A stretch of 62,958 nucleotides of DNA, the filler included, from Octopus bimaculoides (lineage: Eukaryota), in NCBI RefSeq assembly GCF_001194135.2. It is 3 parts of 3 records of this genome, joined end to end, with 100 filler letters (N's around TTAATTAATTAA, not from the genome) between each part and the next. Parts side by side here need not be neighbours in the genome. Positions count along the whole stretch, not along the records: positions 34,144 to 62,958 come from NC_069000.1; 2 more parts are not named here. The stretch is one strand, 5' to 3'. Both the position numbers and the translations under genes were made by a program. Positions 35,771 to 49,415 of this stretch are shown here, in pieces (the first letter of the stretch is position 1; each line of letters begins with the position of its first letter). Below the pieces are notes generated by a model, which was not told where the DNA came from, ran no database searches, and saw nothing but the letters and a program-made list of their open reading frames with translations.

Positions 35771-37519
35771 GTAGCCAGGAGCACTGTCACCTTCCATAAG
35801 ATCCAACAAGTAAAAGGAGGGTCTCTATACCGGAGATAGATTAAAAAATCTAGAGGTAGCATTGAAAAAGAACAGCACATCACACCATAACTTATCTAAA
35901 TTCATACCATTGATCCATTTCATTGATTTCCCTTAACTCATCTTAAGTNNNNNNNNNNNNNNNNNNNNNNNNNNNNNNNNNNNNNNNNNNNNNNNNNNNN
36001 NNNNNNNNNNNNNNNNNNNNNNNNNNNNNNNNNNNNNNNNNNNNNNNNNNNNNNNNNNNNNNNNNNNNNNNNNNNNNNNNNNNNNNNNNNNNNNNNNNNN
36101 NNNNNNNNNNNNNNNNNNNNNNNNNNNNNNNNNNNNNNNNNNNNNNNNNNNNNNNNNNNNNNNNNNNNNNNNNNNNNNNNNNNNNNNNNNNNNNNNNNNN
36201 NNNNNNNNNNNNNNNNNNNNNNNNNNNNNNNNNNNNNNNNNNNNNNNNNNNNNNNNNNNNNNNNNNNNNNNNNNNNNNNNNNNNNNNNNNNNNNNNNNNN
36301 NNNNNNNNNNNNNNNNNNNNNNNNNNNNNNNNNNNNNNNNNNNTTTTTTTTTTATTTAAATAAATCAGTAGTAGATGATAACATTGCTGGCAGGAGGTTG
36401 TACATGGTGGTGGTGGTGGTGGTGCTGCTGCTGCTGCTGCTGCTGCTGGAGGAAATGGTGTTTAGCCGCAGGTCAAACCAGAGCAGATTGAGCTGACCCA
36501 TGATCAAAGGCGTTCCTGCTGCCTTTTATTCAGACAATGTTTCCCTCAATAAACGAAGTATTCGTTTGTCACCAAATATTTGTTAAATCGGTCTACTTGG
36601 TCTAATAAATCGCTTAATAATAGTAATCAGTTACGAGTAGAATAAACAATTACCAATAAGAATGTAAACACATTTGAAACTATAGTCTAATCGATTCCTT
36701 TTTTCTTGTCCGTGTTGAAACTGTATATAAACATGTCAGCCGTTTACGGCTATCCAGTATATCTAATAAATTCAATTATTTTACCAACATCTATGGATTT
36801 TCCAGCACTGTAATTTGTATAGTGCTTCCGTGACTACATTAGCTATTGTGCCATTCATTTTTTAAAGACAGTGGGATAAGATCTGAGGACATTTACCTGT
36901 TATTTCAAGCAGGTTTAATGACCTGTTATAAGCTCTCTGGAAGGCACTAAGAAGATTCCACCAATTGGTAGAATTCGCCGCTATCAGCTGCTGTACTTGT
37001 GAGTGTTTCGTTGCTCTCATCTCACTTTGTGTGCATATGCATGGGTGCTTATGTTCGATCGCACCCGACTGGTATTTATTTCAGCTGAATGGCCTGCAGC
37101 AACAAATAAATGCCTAAGTGACAATCTGGATTAGCTAGAGTTCTCAGAAAAAGAAATCAACCAGTTAATTCGCACATTGCAAACAAGCTGTAAACGGAGT
37201 AGTAAAAATATGCAAGACTGTTCTCGTTTTCAAATTGTGACATTGTTTTTCTAATATGCAATCCAGTGTTAGAACTTTGTATCTTTGTTAGAAACTAGCT
37301 CCTTCCTCACAGCAAGACTTCAAATAATTAAAAACAGAACAGAACATTCATACATAAAAGAACTTTTGAATCACTTTATTTGTTTATGTAGCTGGACATC
37401 ATTAATAATGTTAAAAACAAATATTCCGTCATCTAGAAGAAATTTCATCGTACTTTCCCAATATGATAAACATTGGCTTCAGATTTTGGTACGAGTCCAG
37501 CAATTTCGGAGAAGGGATA

Positions 37520-37670
37520 AGTCGATCAGATCGACCCCAGTGTTCAACTGGTGTTTCGAAAGGATAAAAGTCAAAGAAGACCTCAGCAGAATTTAAACTC
37601 AAGACCTAATGGCGGACGAAATGCCGCTAAGCTTTTTGCCGGTGTGCTATCGATTCTACCAGCTCGCCAC
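37520..37670 (-). mobile_element. SINE family B
   Basis: GATCGACCCCAGTG..GACGAAATGCCGCTAAGC..CCAGCTCGCCACC. Confidence 0.82.
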
Positions 37671-39360
37671 CTTAATAATAAAAAATATTGAATTGAATTT
37701 CCGATGTTATTAAGAAAAAAGACCTCCCGATTCATGTTAGAGGTACCAGTTCGGTTAATTTCAAAGCATTGAAATCAGTAAGGTCCACCCAAATGAAACA
37801 TGGGACCTCAGAGTTAGTTATTTAGCGATATCAGTGCGGTATTCCATAGCCCGTTGTTGTACTTACTCCAAGTTCAAGTTCAAGTTCAAGATTGTGCAGA
37901 TTTATGATCAAAAAGCACTACATCCATTTTTATGCCGCCTTTTTGAATAGCGATAGTTGCATCGTCCAGTGTAGCCTTCGTTTTTTTAAGACTCTAGGTT
38001 GATATGAGTTGAGTGAGATTTGAGTATTATTTCTAATAAGTCGAAATGAACACGTAGAGGTTCCATTAGTTCCCAGAGGCGCCACTTGATGAGTTCATCG
38101 TAATTAGCCCTTCCAAGTAGGCCGATGGGACAATCTGAATTGAGTACTACAAGCGAATGAAGCATTCGTCTATTATACACAGTTCTCACCCCTTGTAATT
38201 TTGAACAGTATGTACCCCTATGGTTACCATTTACAGCTAAGTGAGTTCATAGTAGTCTTTGGCCATAGATACAGCACAGTACTCCTTTGTGTCTATTTCC
38301 TTGTTGACTTTTCCGTTTGCAATCTAAAAATTCTATCCAAACAGTCATATACTGCTCTCCACCAATTACTATTCCTGCTTATGTGCAGACACATAGAAAT
38401 ACCTGTGTGGAAGTAATCAGTCTCTAGTTCATGTCAGAACAAAAGTTTGGTGACTAGACCCAAATTCAAATTTCCATTCTCTGTGAGTAAGACTGTGGCG
38501 CAAGATTGCCCACTAGAGACCAAATAGTCTCAGTGTCTTGAAAGTGGTAAGACTAGCAAACGGCTGAGGGGGAAATAACCCTGTATTGGAATGAGCCTCG
38601 CAGACGATTTCTTGTCAAACTGTTCAAAGTCTCTTTATACGATCATGAAGCAATGGAGGTGTATTAGCACGGCTGCCTTCTAATCAGCCAATTCGTGCTG
38701 ATACAATATTTTCGAGTCAACGAGAGAGAGCCTTTTCAAGGTTAGTCGACCTGCAAGAAAAAGTAACCTAATCTCATTCAAATGGCGGTCTACTGTCTTA
38801 AAATGGCGGAAGGTCAGATTAAGTAACGTTGACAAAAATACCCCAAAGGCAGGCGACTGACAGAGTCGTTAGAGCTTCGGAGAGTTGTGGCATTTGTTTC
38901 GTCTCTCTACCCTCCGAGTTCAAATCCCTCTGGGGTCAACTTTGCCTTTCATTACCAGCCTAGGGAAAGTTCAGGCCTCCCTCTCACCCAGGTAATACAT
39001 CCTAGATATTCAGCCGAGCCAAAGATAGTAGAGTTGTGAGGATGCTTGTGTCTGGTCTCATGGGCTCCTGGAATATTTCGCGAAAGCATGATATATACTT
39101 TAAAGTCGTACTCGATCGCCTATGATGAATGTTGTATTTTCAGTTTTTGTATTTTTTTTTTATTTCTTTTGTTTGTTTGTTTTTTTTCTATATTCCTAAA
39201 AACGGGGTGGTCACGGTTTGAAATATTTTTATCATAAATTTGCTCAGAGTTAACGTGAGACTAAACAACGACGACGACAACAATATCGCTCACTTTGAAC
39301 GGCTTCCTACAGGTTTCCTCTTTAATACGTATTAGCAACTGTTAGAGTGAAGTCATTATT

Positions 39361-39554
39361 TATTTCTTTATTGCCCACAGGGGGCTAAACATAGAGGGGA
39401 CAAACAAGGACAGACAGGGATTAAGCCGATTATATCGACCCCAGTGCGTAACTGGTACTTATTTAATTGACTCCGAAAGGATGAAAGGCAAAGTCGACCT
39501 CGGCGGAATTTGAACTCAGAACGTAACGACAGACGAAATACCGCTCAGCATCTC
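39361..39554 (-). mobile_element. SINE family B with intact 3' tail
   Basis: TTTATTGCCCACAGGGGGCTAAACATAGAGGGGACAAAC..ATCGACCCCAGTGCGTAACTGG..GACCTCGGCGGAATTTGAACTCAGAACG. Confidence 0.92.
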
Positions 39555-40194
39555 NNNNNNNNNNNNNNNNNNNNNNNNNNNNNNNNNNNNNNNNNNNNNN
39601 NNNNNNNNNNNNNNNNNNNNNNNNNNNNNNNNNNNNNNNNNNNNNNNNNNNNNNNNNNNNNNNNNNNNNNNNNNNNNNNNNNNNNNNNNNNNNNNNNNNN
39701 NNNNNNNNNNNNNNNNNNNNNNNNNNNNNNNNNNNNNNNNNNNNNNNNNNNNNNNNNNNNNNNNNNNNNNNNNNNNNNNNNNNNNNNNNNNNNNNNNNNN
39801 NNNNNNNNNNNNNNNNNNNNNNNNNNNNNNNNNNNNNNNNNNNNNNNNNNNNNNNNNNNNNNNNNNNNNNNNNNNNNNNNNNNNNNNNNNNNNNNNNNNN
39901 NNNNNNNNNNNNNNNNNNNNNNNNNNNNNNNNNNNNNNNNNNNNNNNNNNNNNNNNNNNNNNNNNNNNNNNNNNNNNNNNNNNNNNNNNNNNNNNNNNNN
40001 NNNNNNNNNNNNNNNNNNNNNNNNNNNNNNNNNNNNNNNNNNNAGTGATTATTGACTCTTCTGTCATTTACCCCCTCGACTTGGTGTATTTCGCCTTTTT
40101 GCTTCTTGGTCTCATGCAAATATATACAAATATACGCTAAAAATATCTAATGCCTGCGTCACTGCCAAAACGTTGTCTTTATAATATGTTAGTC

Positions 40195-40248
<54 letters not shown>

Positions 40249-41694
40249 AGAGAGAGTGAGGTAGAATAAAGAAAGAAAGAGATAAAGATGATAGGCAGAT
40301 ATGAAAGAAATTAAAGCCGAGGTGGATGTAGGGATCAAAGGGAGAGGGGTTAACGGTGAATTGTATTTTGATGATTACGCGTTGCGCAAGACCTCAATTT
40401 GACCTGTGTTAATGGGGGTTACATAGTCAGTAGGCAGTGAAAATTCAAGTAATATGATAACCTACGAATCATTAACACACCCGCCCAAACAGAAGTGAAC
40501 AACAACCAGGTCATGTGATGAGACTAATCACTTAACTGCCTTACATTATTGTTTATGAAAGAAAGGCACGAACTAGATTAAAGTGGAAAAAAAAACAACG
40601 AAATAAATAAATAGATAAATAAGCACATTGATAAATAAATGAAAATTAATTGTAGTTCACCAGATCTTGTTGAATTCTCTGGTATATAGTGATAATTGTG
40701 ACTGCTGATAGGTAAAGTAACAAGAACATATCATGATGTACAAGGATGAGCAATATATTTCGTCATTTTAAGTGAAAATTGGGTAAGAAAATTTGAAAAG
40801 GACCTGAAAAATGAAATAAGATTAAGAGCGAAGCTAATTGAGAAAAATACTTTGTATGAAAAATGATCAAGGCGACCCATTTGATTTTATTTGCCAGAGG
40901 ACGTTTTTCAACATGAGGCCGTTCCATGGAACAATTATTCTGCTATTAAGGAAATTCCCATGTGTAGCATCTACATAACATTTTTGCCTTGAGATTATAT
41001 TCTCCCGTACAGTTTCTCTTTCTCCCTCTCTCCCTCTCTCTCTTTCTCTCCCTGTCTCTCTTTCTCACACACACACACATACTCCACACACTCTCACTCA
41101 CACAAACACACATACACAAACACACGTACAAACACAAAACATTCCGTATATTGAGTGGTTAGTTACCGCTAACACTTCAATTCGAAATTATGTACAGCTA
41201 AGAAAATGTAATATTTAAACATTTTCATTGTACAATTTTTTTGTTCGGTGTTAAATTTAGCTGCACGACACTGATTTACAAGAAGATCTGAAAATAAATT
41301 AACCACCAACATCGTTCAAGGTAAGTTTATACTTTTCGTTTGAATGTATTGTTTTATTAATATTGATTTTAAATTTTGGCACATAGCCAGATATTATTTT
41401 ATTAATGCTGAATTATATACTTAATACAGTTTAATCTTATACAGGAACCGCATCGATTTTCCGCAAACTTTGGTTCCATAGATTCTCTGGATAACTGATT
41501 TTTCCGAACCAAGAATGGTCACTTTAGGTCAATACATTCTAAATTAAACAAATATTAAATTTAATCAAATAATTAAATGAAATACAGATGCCTTTACGTT
41601 AGATTAAGTACCTATAAATTACTGTAGACTACAAGAGGTTCCGGATCATCAGTGTCCGAAAAAGTCAGCGCTGTACTCATATATACATGCAGGA

Positions 41695-41744
<50 letters not shown>

Positions 41745-41747
41745 TAT

Positions 41748-42122
41748 CTTTTACTTTTTCAGTCATTAGACTGACTGCAGCCATGCTGGGGCACAACATT
41801 GAAAGGTTTTAGTCGAACAAATCGACCCCAGGGTATTTTTAAGCTTAGAACTTATTCTATCAGCCTCTTTTGCCGGACCGCTAAGGTACGGAGACATAAA
41901 CACACCAACACTGGTCTCAAGCGGTGGTGAGTGACAAGCACACACACAAATACACACACACATATGACAGGCTTCTTTCAGTTTCCGTCAACCAAATCCA
42001 CTCAAAAAGCTTTGGTCGGCCCGAAACTATAGTAGAAGGCACTTACCCAAGGTGCAACGCTGTGCGACTGAACCCGGAACCATGTGTGGTTGGGAAGCAA
42101 GCTTCTTACCACACAGCCACGC
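41748..42122 (-). mobile_element. Near full-length SINE family A
   Basis: Head, CORE-like motif, internal (GT)n and 3' module all present. Confidence 0.92.
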
Positions 42123-42858
42123 ATAATAATATTCTTACCCAGAATAAAACAGAGTCATTCAAATCCTTATAGTTGCTTTGTGCTTCTTTTTGCGTCCTGC
42201 TCTCGTATCTACAGCGCGTCATTTTATTATTGTTAACCTCGGGGAAAAGGACGATATCAAAGTAGTAGGTCCGTGTAATGCACTCTTGGCGAAGCAAGGC
42301 GAGTTTGGAACCCTGTTTGGCTTGACCGTGATTGTTTGCGCACATCGTTTTGCTTATTAATGCTCTTCAAAAAAAGTGCCAGACAATTGCATTCCCAATA
42401 TGTACCTGGTTCCATACAAGACATTATTGCTGTTTAGTTTTATCGAAATTGCCAACCGCTCGATCGGGAAAAGGGAGGGTCGAATAGAAGTGGTCAATAT
42501 TGCCTAATCTGTTTTCAGTTTGTGTGTGTGTATGCGTGTGTATCAGTGAATGTGTTTGCTTGCGTTTGTGTGTGTATGTGTGTGTGTGAATATGTGGTGC
42601 ATGTGTGTGTGAATATGTGGTGCGTGTTGTTGTATGTGTGTGTTTGCGTGTATGACTGTGTAAGTATAATGTGAGTACATTGTATTTGCTTGTGTTTGCG
42701 TGTGGTTTAAATTTAATCAAAATGAAGTGATTAGCTAACGAGTTAAACTGAAAGCTTTGACATATTCGGCTTCCCGTTGTTTCAATACCTCTCTCTTGGT
42801 CTCTCTCCCTCTCGCACCATTTCATACCCTCATTCTGTTCATAGTGTCAAGCTGTCCC

Positions 42859-42909
<51 letters not shown>

Positions 42910-42927
42910 ACACATATGTATGCATAT

Positions 42928-42964
<37 letters not shown>

Positions 42965-43963
42965 NNNNNNNNNNNNNNNNNNNNNNNNNNNNNNNNNNNN
43001 NNNNNNNNNNNNNNNNNNNNNNNNNNNNNNNNNNNNNNNNNNNNNNNNNNNNNNNNNNNNNNNNNNNNNNNNNNNNNNNNNNNNNNNNNNNNNNNNNNNN
43101 NNNNNNNNNNNNNNNNNNNNNNNNNNNNNNNNNNNNNNNNNNNNNNNNNNNNNNNNNNNNNNNNNNNNNNNNNNNNNNNNNNNNNNNNNNNNNNNNNNNN
43201 NNNNNNNNNNNNNNNNNNNNNNNNNNNNNNNNNNNNNNNNNNNNNNNNNNNNNNNNNNNNNNNNNNNNNNNNNNNNNNNNNNNNNNNNNNNNNNNNNNNN
43301 NNNNNNNNNNNNNNNNNNNNNNNNNNNNNNNNNNNNNNNNNNNNNNNNNNNNNNNNNNNNNNNNNNNNNNNNNNNNNNNNNNNNNNNNNNNNNNNNNNNN
43401 NNNNNNNNNNNNNNNNNNNNNNNNNNNNNNNNNNNNNNNNNNNNNNNNNNNNNNNNNNNNNNNNNNNNNNNNNNNNNNNNNNNNNNNNNNNNNNNNNNNN
43501 NNNNNNNNNNNNNNNNNNNNNNNNNNNNNNNNNNNNNNNNNNNNNNNNNNNNNNNNNNNNNNNNNNNNNNNNNNNNNNNNNNNNNNNNNNNNNNNNNNNN
43601 NNNNNNNNNNNNNNNNNNNNNNNNNNNNNNNNNNNNNNNNNNNNNNNNNNNNNNNNNNNNNNNNNNNNNNNNNNNNNNNNNNNNNNNNNNNNNNNNNNNN
43701 NNNNNNNNNNNNNNNNNNNNNNNNNNNNNNNNNNNNNNNNNNNNNNNNNNNNNNNNNNNNNNNNNNNNNNNNNNNNNNNNNNNNNNNNNNNNNNNNNNNN
43801 NNNNNNNNNNNNNNNNNNNNNNNNNNNNNNNNNNNNNNNNNNNNNNNNNNNNNNNNNNNNNNNNNNNNNNNNNNNNNNNNNNNNNNNNNNNNNNNNNNNN
43901 NNNNNNNNNNNNNNNNNNNNNNNNNNNNNNNNNNNNNNNNNNNNNNNNNNNNNNNNNNNNNNT

Positions 43964-44150
43964 TGACAACCGGTGCTGGTGTGTTTACATTCCCGTAACC
44001 TAGCGGTTCGGCTAAGACCGATAGAATAAGCACCAGACTTATAAAAAGAAAATAAGTATTGAGGTCGATACATTCGACTAAAAATTCTTTCAAGGTGGTG
44101 CCCCAGCATGGCCGCAGTCAAATGACTGAAACAAGTAAAAGACAAAAAAT
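43964..44150 (+). mobile_element. SINE family A 3' half
   Basis: TTGACAACCGGTGCTGGTG..CCAGCATGGCCGCAGTCAAATGACTGAAACAAGTAAAAG. Confidence 0.9.
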
Positions 44151-44547
44151 ATTTTTATATGTGTACATTAATTCCTGTATGTTTACGTGTGTTGCGAAGC
44201 TTGTCTTTACGGAGACACCACTGGGAAAAAATTGGTACTCTAAATTCATGTCTTGTATCCTAACGATTTAACAGAAGCAAATGAAATAAATTTTATGGTC
44301 GATATGATAGACTAAAATTCTAACAGCTCTGCTGCACCCCAACGTTTGATCCCATCACCCCCACTCTCTCCCTTTTATATACCAATGACTTGCCTCCCTC
44401 CGGCAAATGATGCTACCATACAATTTTCCTTAGCTTTCCGCAACGAAACATTATTCACATGCAGACTGGATCGTTGTTTCTAACAGAGAGGGGAGTCTTG
44501 TAAGGATGAAAAAGCCGGAGGATACGTTGACAACTTTTATATTTTAT

Positions 44548-44830
44548 CTTTTACTTGTTTCAGTCATTGAAGAAGTTTAAACAAACAAATCAAGTCCAGT
44601 ACTTTTTAAGCCTGATGGTTTCTTTTGCCGAACCGCTAAGTTGCCAAGCGGTGGTAGGGGACAAACACAGACGCAAAGACACACACACATATATACAACG
44701 TGCTTCTTTTAGTTCCCATCCACTAAGTCCACTTACAAGACTTTGGTTGGTCAGAGGCTATAGTAGAAGACACTTGCACAAGGTGCCGCGCAGTGGGACT
44801 GAACCTGCAACCATCTGGTTGGGAAGCAAC
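44548..44830 (-). mobile_element. SINE family A with internal deletions
   Basis: TTTGCCGAACCGCTAAG..CACTTGCACAAGGTGCCGCGCAGTGGGACTGAACC. Confidence 0.88.
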
Positions 44831-45029
44831 CGCAGAACGAAGAAATAATTATATGGACACAGTCTCCACTTTGTCTTCTCATTAATAAAGAGTTAGAGTG
44901 TAAAAATGTTATGTAATATTTTGGATGGCTGCTGGTAACCACTGACCAATAGAACTTGCAAAATCTCCACTTGCTCCAAAAACAAAGACGACAAAAGTAC
45001 TCCTGCAGATTTTGATTCCTTCGACAGCA

Positions 45030-45720
45030 AAAAGAATAAAAAGAAAAACACTGTTCATCTCAAGAAAATATCATCGCACCTCACTCCATTGCACCAACGC
45101 TTAAACATGAGCCACAAGCTACAAGAATTCTTGTAATCGCTCCAAATATTAGGATTCGCCATCACTGAGGGTCTTTCCATAGCAAGAGCACATATTTAGC
45201 ATACGTAAGACTTCATCTTCAAAGACTGGCCCTTCTCTTCAGAGCCAGAAAACATTTCAGCCTCAATAATCGCTGACCCCCTACAAAGTTCATATGAGGT
45301 CCACAAAGGTGGGGGTTCGCTTCCACATATGGGATAGTGCTGCTGCTGCTACACGCATAGATATCCTAGACCTTATCTACAGAAAAGTCACTCATCTGAT
45401 TGGCATAAAGTTAGTTACTGACGCACACCGGCCTCTGGCCCACAAAAGTGATGTTTTCAACCTGCATTTCTCTCACTACTACAACAGCCTTTGCTCCTCG
45501 GAAGTTGCTGGTATTGTGATACCACCTTTGAGATACCAACCTCGTCCCCTTCTGCCCAGAATGATGGCACTTAGAAAATCCCTCCCTGCTCATGTCTTTC
45601 CTGCTGCGTCAATATGCAACAGTTTAATGGGAACGTTAACAATGTCGATCTTACCGGGCACAGAGAGTCTGCAAAAAGGCATGTGCGCGCTGTCCCTTTC
45701 TCCAAACCGACTTTTAAAAA
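45030..45720 (+). mobile_element. CR1/L2-type LINE RT C-terminal/thumb relic
   Basis: ILGFAIT; LLFRARKHFS; HIWDSA..ILDLIYRKVTHLIG; LAHK; HYYNSLCSSEV. Confidence 0.8.
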
Positions 45721-45772
45721 ATTAATGGAAGCAGCAGTAACAGTAACAATAATAACAACAAAGCAGCAGCAA

Positions 45773-45846
<74 letters not shown>

Positions 45847-45854
45847 TGGTGGTG

Positions 45855-45910
<56 letters not shown>

Positions 45911-47136
45911 TGCTGTTGTGTTTGTTGTTTCGTTATTGTCGATGTCGTTGCTTCCACTGCTCTTGATGTTGATGTTTAACGCCGAGTCAACCGAAGGACA
46001 CGTTGCGTAATCAGGCCTTAAATAACCATAAAACGATTGTATCTTCACGGCTGGAATCACTTGAAGAGCAAACTTCCGATCAAGGGCGTTCCAGCTACAA
46101 CCATTCCGTCTTGTGTTTCAGTGACTACAAAAGCCAATTTGCCCTTCATATTTTTTACGACGGTAGGATACAGTTTGTGGCATTTTTTTGCTGACGTCTG
46201 CAACCGCTTAAACAACCGGATCGGTCGTCGACCTTCAGTAGTAGTAGTAGTAGTAGTAGTAGTAAACTCACATTCGAAGCACATTAAATAAGAAACAAGC
46301 ATATTACTGATATAGATCAGGTGTGATATGAAAATAGAACAGCCCAGCAATGTATTTCAATCTCTAGTAACTATTCTTCCAAATCATTGAGCGTTTACTA
46401 AACTTGAATGCTTCTACTCTGGCGTGCAGAGACCGGGGCCGATTTATAGAGGGTGGCGAAGGGAAAAATTGCCCCGGGTCCCTTCCAGCAGTCTTGCATG
46501 AAGAGGCTCTCTTTCAATATACAAACATATCTTTAAAAATGTAATGGATCCTCTTTTTTATTAATAACCATAGATTTCTCCACGTTAGCGACACCAATTC
46601 ATTCAATTAAAAGTAATTTGCTACCCAGTCCCAAAAGCAGACACAATTCCATTGAAAAACTACAAAGCAGACCCGAATCTGTGTGTCTGTGAGAGAGAGA
46701 GAGGGGGGGAGAGAGAAAGAGTATGAATGTATATGAAAATAAAAACATTGATAAAAATAAGTTATTTATTGCCTCTAGTCCAAATTCCTTCTTTCAACGC
46801 ATGACTGAGCAATAACCTTGCAACTGAAGGCGCACACACAAACACACACATTATATTGCTATTCTAAACTACATTATTTCAGTGAAGTATTGAAAACTTT
46901 GGTTATATTTTCCGAAAGAACAAGGAAGGAATATGTTCCGAAATTGAAATTTTGAATTTAGTTCTAATTATAAAACTACATCTCAACAGCTAAAAGCATT
47001 TTATTTATTTATTTATTCATTTATTTGCTTTAGAATTATTGCATATATGTTCAAATGTTTTTCATTAAATGAAACTTTTTCCTTTCTTTAATTTTTCGAT
47101 ATCTTTCGTCATTTTGTCAAATACTTGAAATTAGTA

Positions 47137-47350
47137 TAGGGGAGTGGGCTAAAATTGGTAACTGGGGCAAAATGAGTAATTTCTGATTTCTTGTTATTTT
47201 TTCACTACCTATTTAAAACTATTGCATTTCAACTATTGAATCACCATTTTGTACTATTGAATCATCTTTGGGAATAAAAATTGGTTACCATAGTTGTTGT
47301 TGAAGTTGAGAGAGTTTGAAACATTGTCAAGTAACGGGTACTTTTTTTTC
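47137..47350 (+). mobile_element. Possible end of a TA-targeting (pogo-like) DNA transposon
   Basis: TA|GGGGAGTGGGCTAAAATTGG..GGGGCAAAATG subrepeat; partner TIR not found. Confidence 0.3.
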
Positions 47351-47489
47351 AAAAACTTTTTTCTCAACTTAGACTCAATTGTAATTGAGGTTGATAATAA
47401 AATATTTAGATAACTCTTGATGTTTAACAACCGATATTCTTTTCTCTGTCGGATTGTAAATTAATTTTTTCCGGTATTAATGACCAGTT

Positions 47490-47780
47490 TGATAATTCTA
47501 CCGGTTCATTTTGCCGACCCACTAAGTTATGGGAACGTAAACATACTAACGCCAGTTGTCAAGTGAGGGTGGAGGACATGTGCGTGTGCGCGTGTGTGTG
47601 TGTGTGTGTGTGTGTGTACGACGAGCTTCTTTCAATGTCAGTCTACCAAATCCACTCACGCGGCTTTGATTGGTCCGAGACTATAGGAGAAGACACTTGA
47701 CCACGGTGTCATGCAGAGGGACTGAACCCAGAACCATGTGGTAGGAAACAAGCTACTTACCATACTACCACGCCTGCACT
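47490..47780 (-). mobile_element. SINE family A
   Basis: TTTTGCCGACCCACTAAG..GAAGACACTTGACC..GGGACTGAACCCAGAACCATGTGG. Confidence 0.87.
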
Positions 47781-48556
47781 TGTTGCAATAGTTGTTATTG
47801 TTATTGTTGTTGCTGCTACTGCTGCTGCTACTGCTGCTATGTAGGCCTAAATGAGCTTAAATCGATCAGATCTATGGTGTAAAGTATGATCAACAACTAC
47901 CACGTTATTTTTCGGAAATTGCGTACTTTAAACTACATTATCAAAACAGTTCTTTTTCTTTTAAGATGTAATATATGATTTAAGAGAGGCTCAGTTGCCA
48001 TTTCTAGCAGGTCGAGCTACCAAAAGCATTCTACAACAAAGTGGAATAATTTCGCAGCTGCAACAGTAACGAAAAACTGAAGAAAGTCTCGTTGTTTTCC
48101 TCCAGTTGATGTGTATAGGTTTGAGAGCATTTCTTCCAAAATTCCAGTGCTTTAAAAAGTGAATTTTGGAGATGAATGATTAAAAATCGACGATGTCGAT
48201 AAGCGTATATCCACGTATATCTTTGTCTCCGATATTACCGAACCAGTTAACTAAATTGTTCGTGCTGCTACTCTACCGTATTAATGCGACAGATTTCTAA
48301 TTTTGTTGTTAATGCTGTTTAGGATATATTTGTTTACTCTCCTAAATTTAACAAGGTTAGTAACTTTTCACTTGAAGTAAGATGTAACGTTGACTCCTTA
48401 TGATCCTTTAACGTTATATAGGTTTCACATTTTCCTAAACTTTGTAAATCAATGTCTAATTTTAACCTGGATGCTATGGTGTTATCTTCACATTAATCTC
48501 GTCATAAGTTTTTGTACTTTTCTGTATTCTTGTGTATAATATTATTGTCTAAGTAA

Positions 48557-48770
48557 AGGCGGCGAGCTGGCAGAATCATTAGCACGCAGGACAAAATGAT
48601 TAGCGGCATTTCATCTGTCTTCGCGTTCTGAGTTCAAATTCCGTCGAGGACCACTTTGCCTTTTATCCTTGAGGGGGTCGATAAAATAAGTACCAGCCGA
48701 GCACTGTGGTCGATGTAATCGACTGACACTTTCTCCCGAAGTCGCTGGTCTTGTACCAAGATTTGAAATC
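48557..48770 (+). mobile_element. SINE family B
   Basis: GGCGGCGAGCTGGCAGAATCATTAGC..GAGTTCAAATTCC..GGGGTCGATAAAATAAGTACC. Confidence 0.9.
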
Positions 48771-49129
48771 AATATTATTATTTAAGTATGCAATGTAAGC
48801 TTTATTACCTTGTTCGTACAGCTTTTTAGCTTTGTTGGAGAATACAAATTTCGTTAAATATTTCATTTGCGGATTGATTTCATACTGCATTTTTTAACGG
48901 CGTTCGTTTGCCATTTTAGAAATTCGGCACCAAAATACGGCAGTTCTTTTATCTGTAGCGAAAAATAAATACGAGTTTTAATGCTACAAGATTTGTTGGT
49001 GACTTTTCACTCTTATTTGTATAAGAGTGCACTTTCCAAGTCACTCTCCGAATGACGTTCTTCATTTTACTGATAAGCTGCTTATATACGTCTCGTCAGA
49101 AATTATTGGAATATTCTTCATCAAGTATG

Positions 49130-49270
49130 AAAGTTGCGGAGTTCCAGCTTGAACGGAAGAAGCTTGCTTCCAAGCCATATAGTTCCGGGTTCAGTACCAC
49201 TGCGTGGCACCTTGGGAAAATGTATTCTACTATAGACTCGGGCCGACCAAGGCCCGTCGTATATATGTAC
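49130..49270 (+). mobile_element. SINE family A head
   Basis: TTCCGGGTTCAGTACCACTGCGTGGCACCTTGGG..CTCGGGCCGACCAA. Confidence 0.88.
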
Positions 49271-49415
49271 GTAAATGTCAAACGACGAAAATGAGCGTTC
49301 AACACCGCATTGAAGGATAAAATTTCTCCATTTATGTATTAAGGTTACTATTGATTTGATGTTAAGAAAGATATCTTAATATCTTAATTATTCAAGCCGA
49401 TCACATGGAGGAATG

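Noticed and set aside
35581-35839. Strong acceptor-like tract at 35620 followed by an open frame
   Set aside because: Sequence on both sides translates as a continuous CR1/L2-type LINE C-terminus; exonisation is not excluded but is unsupported
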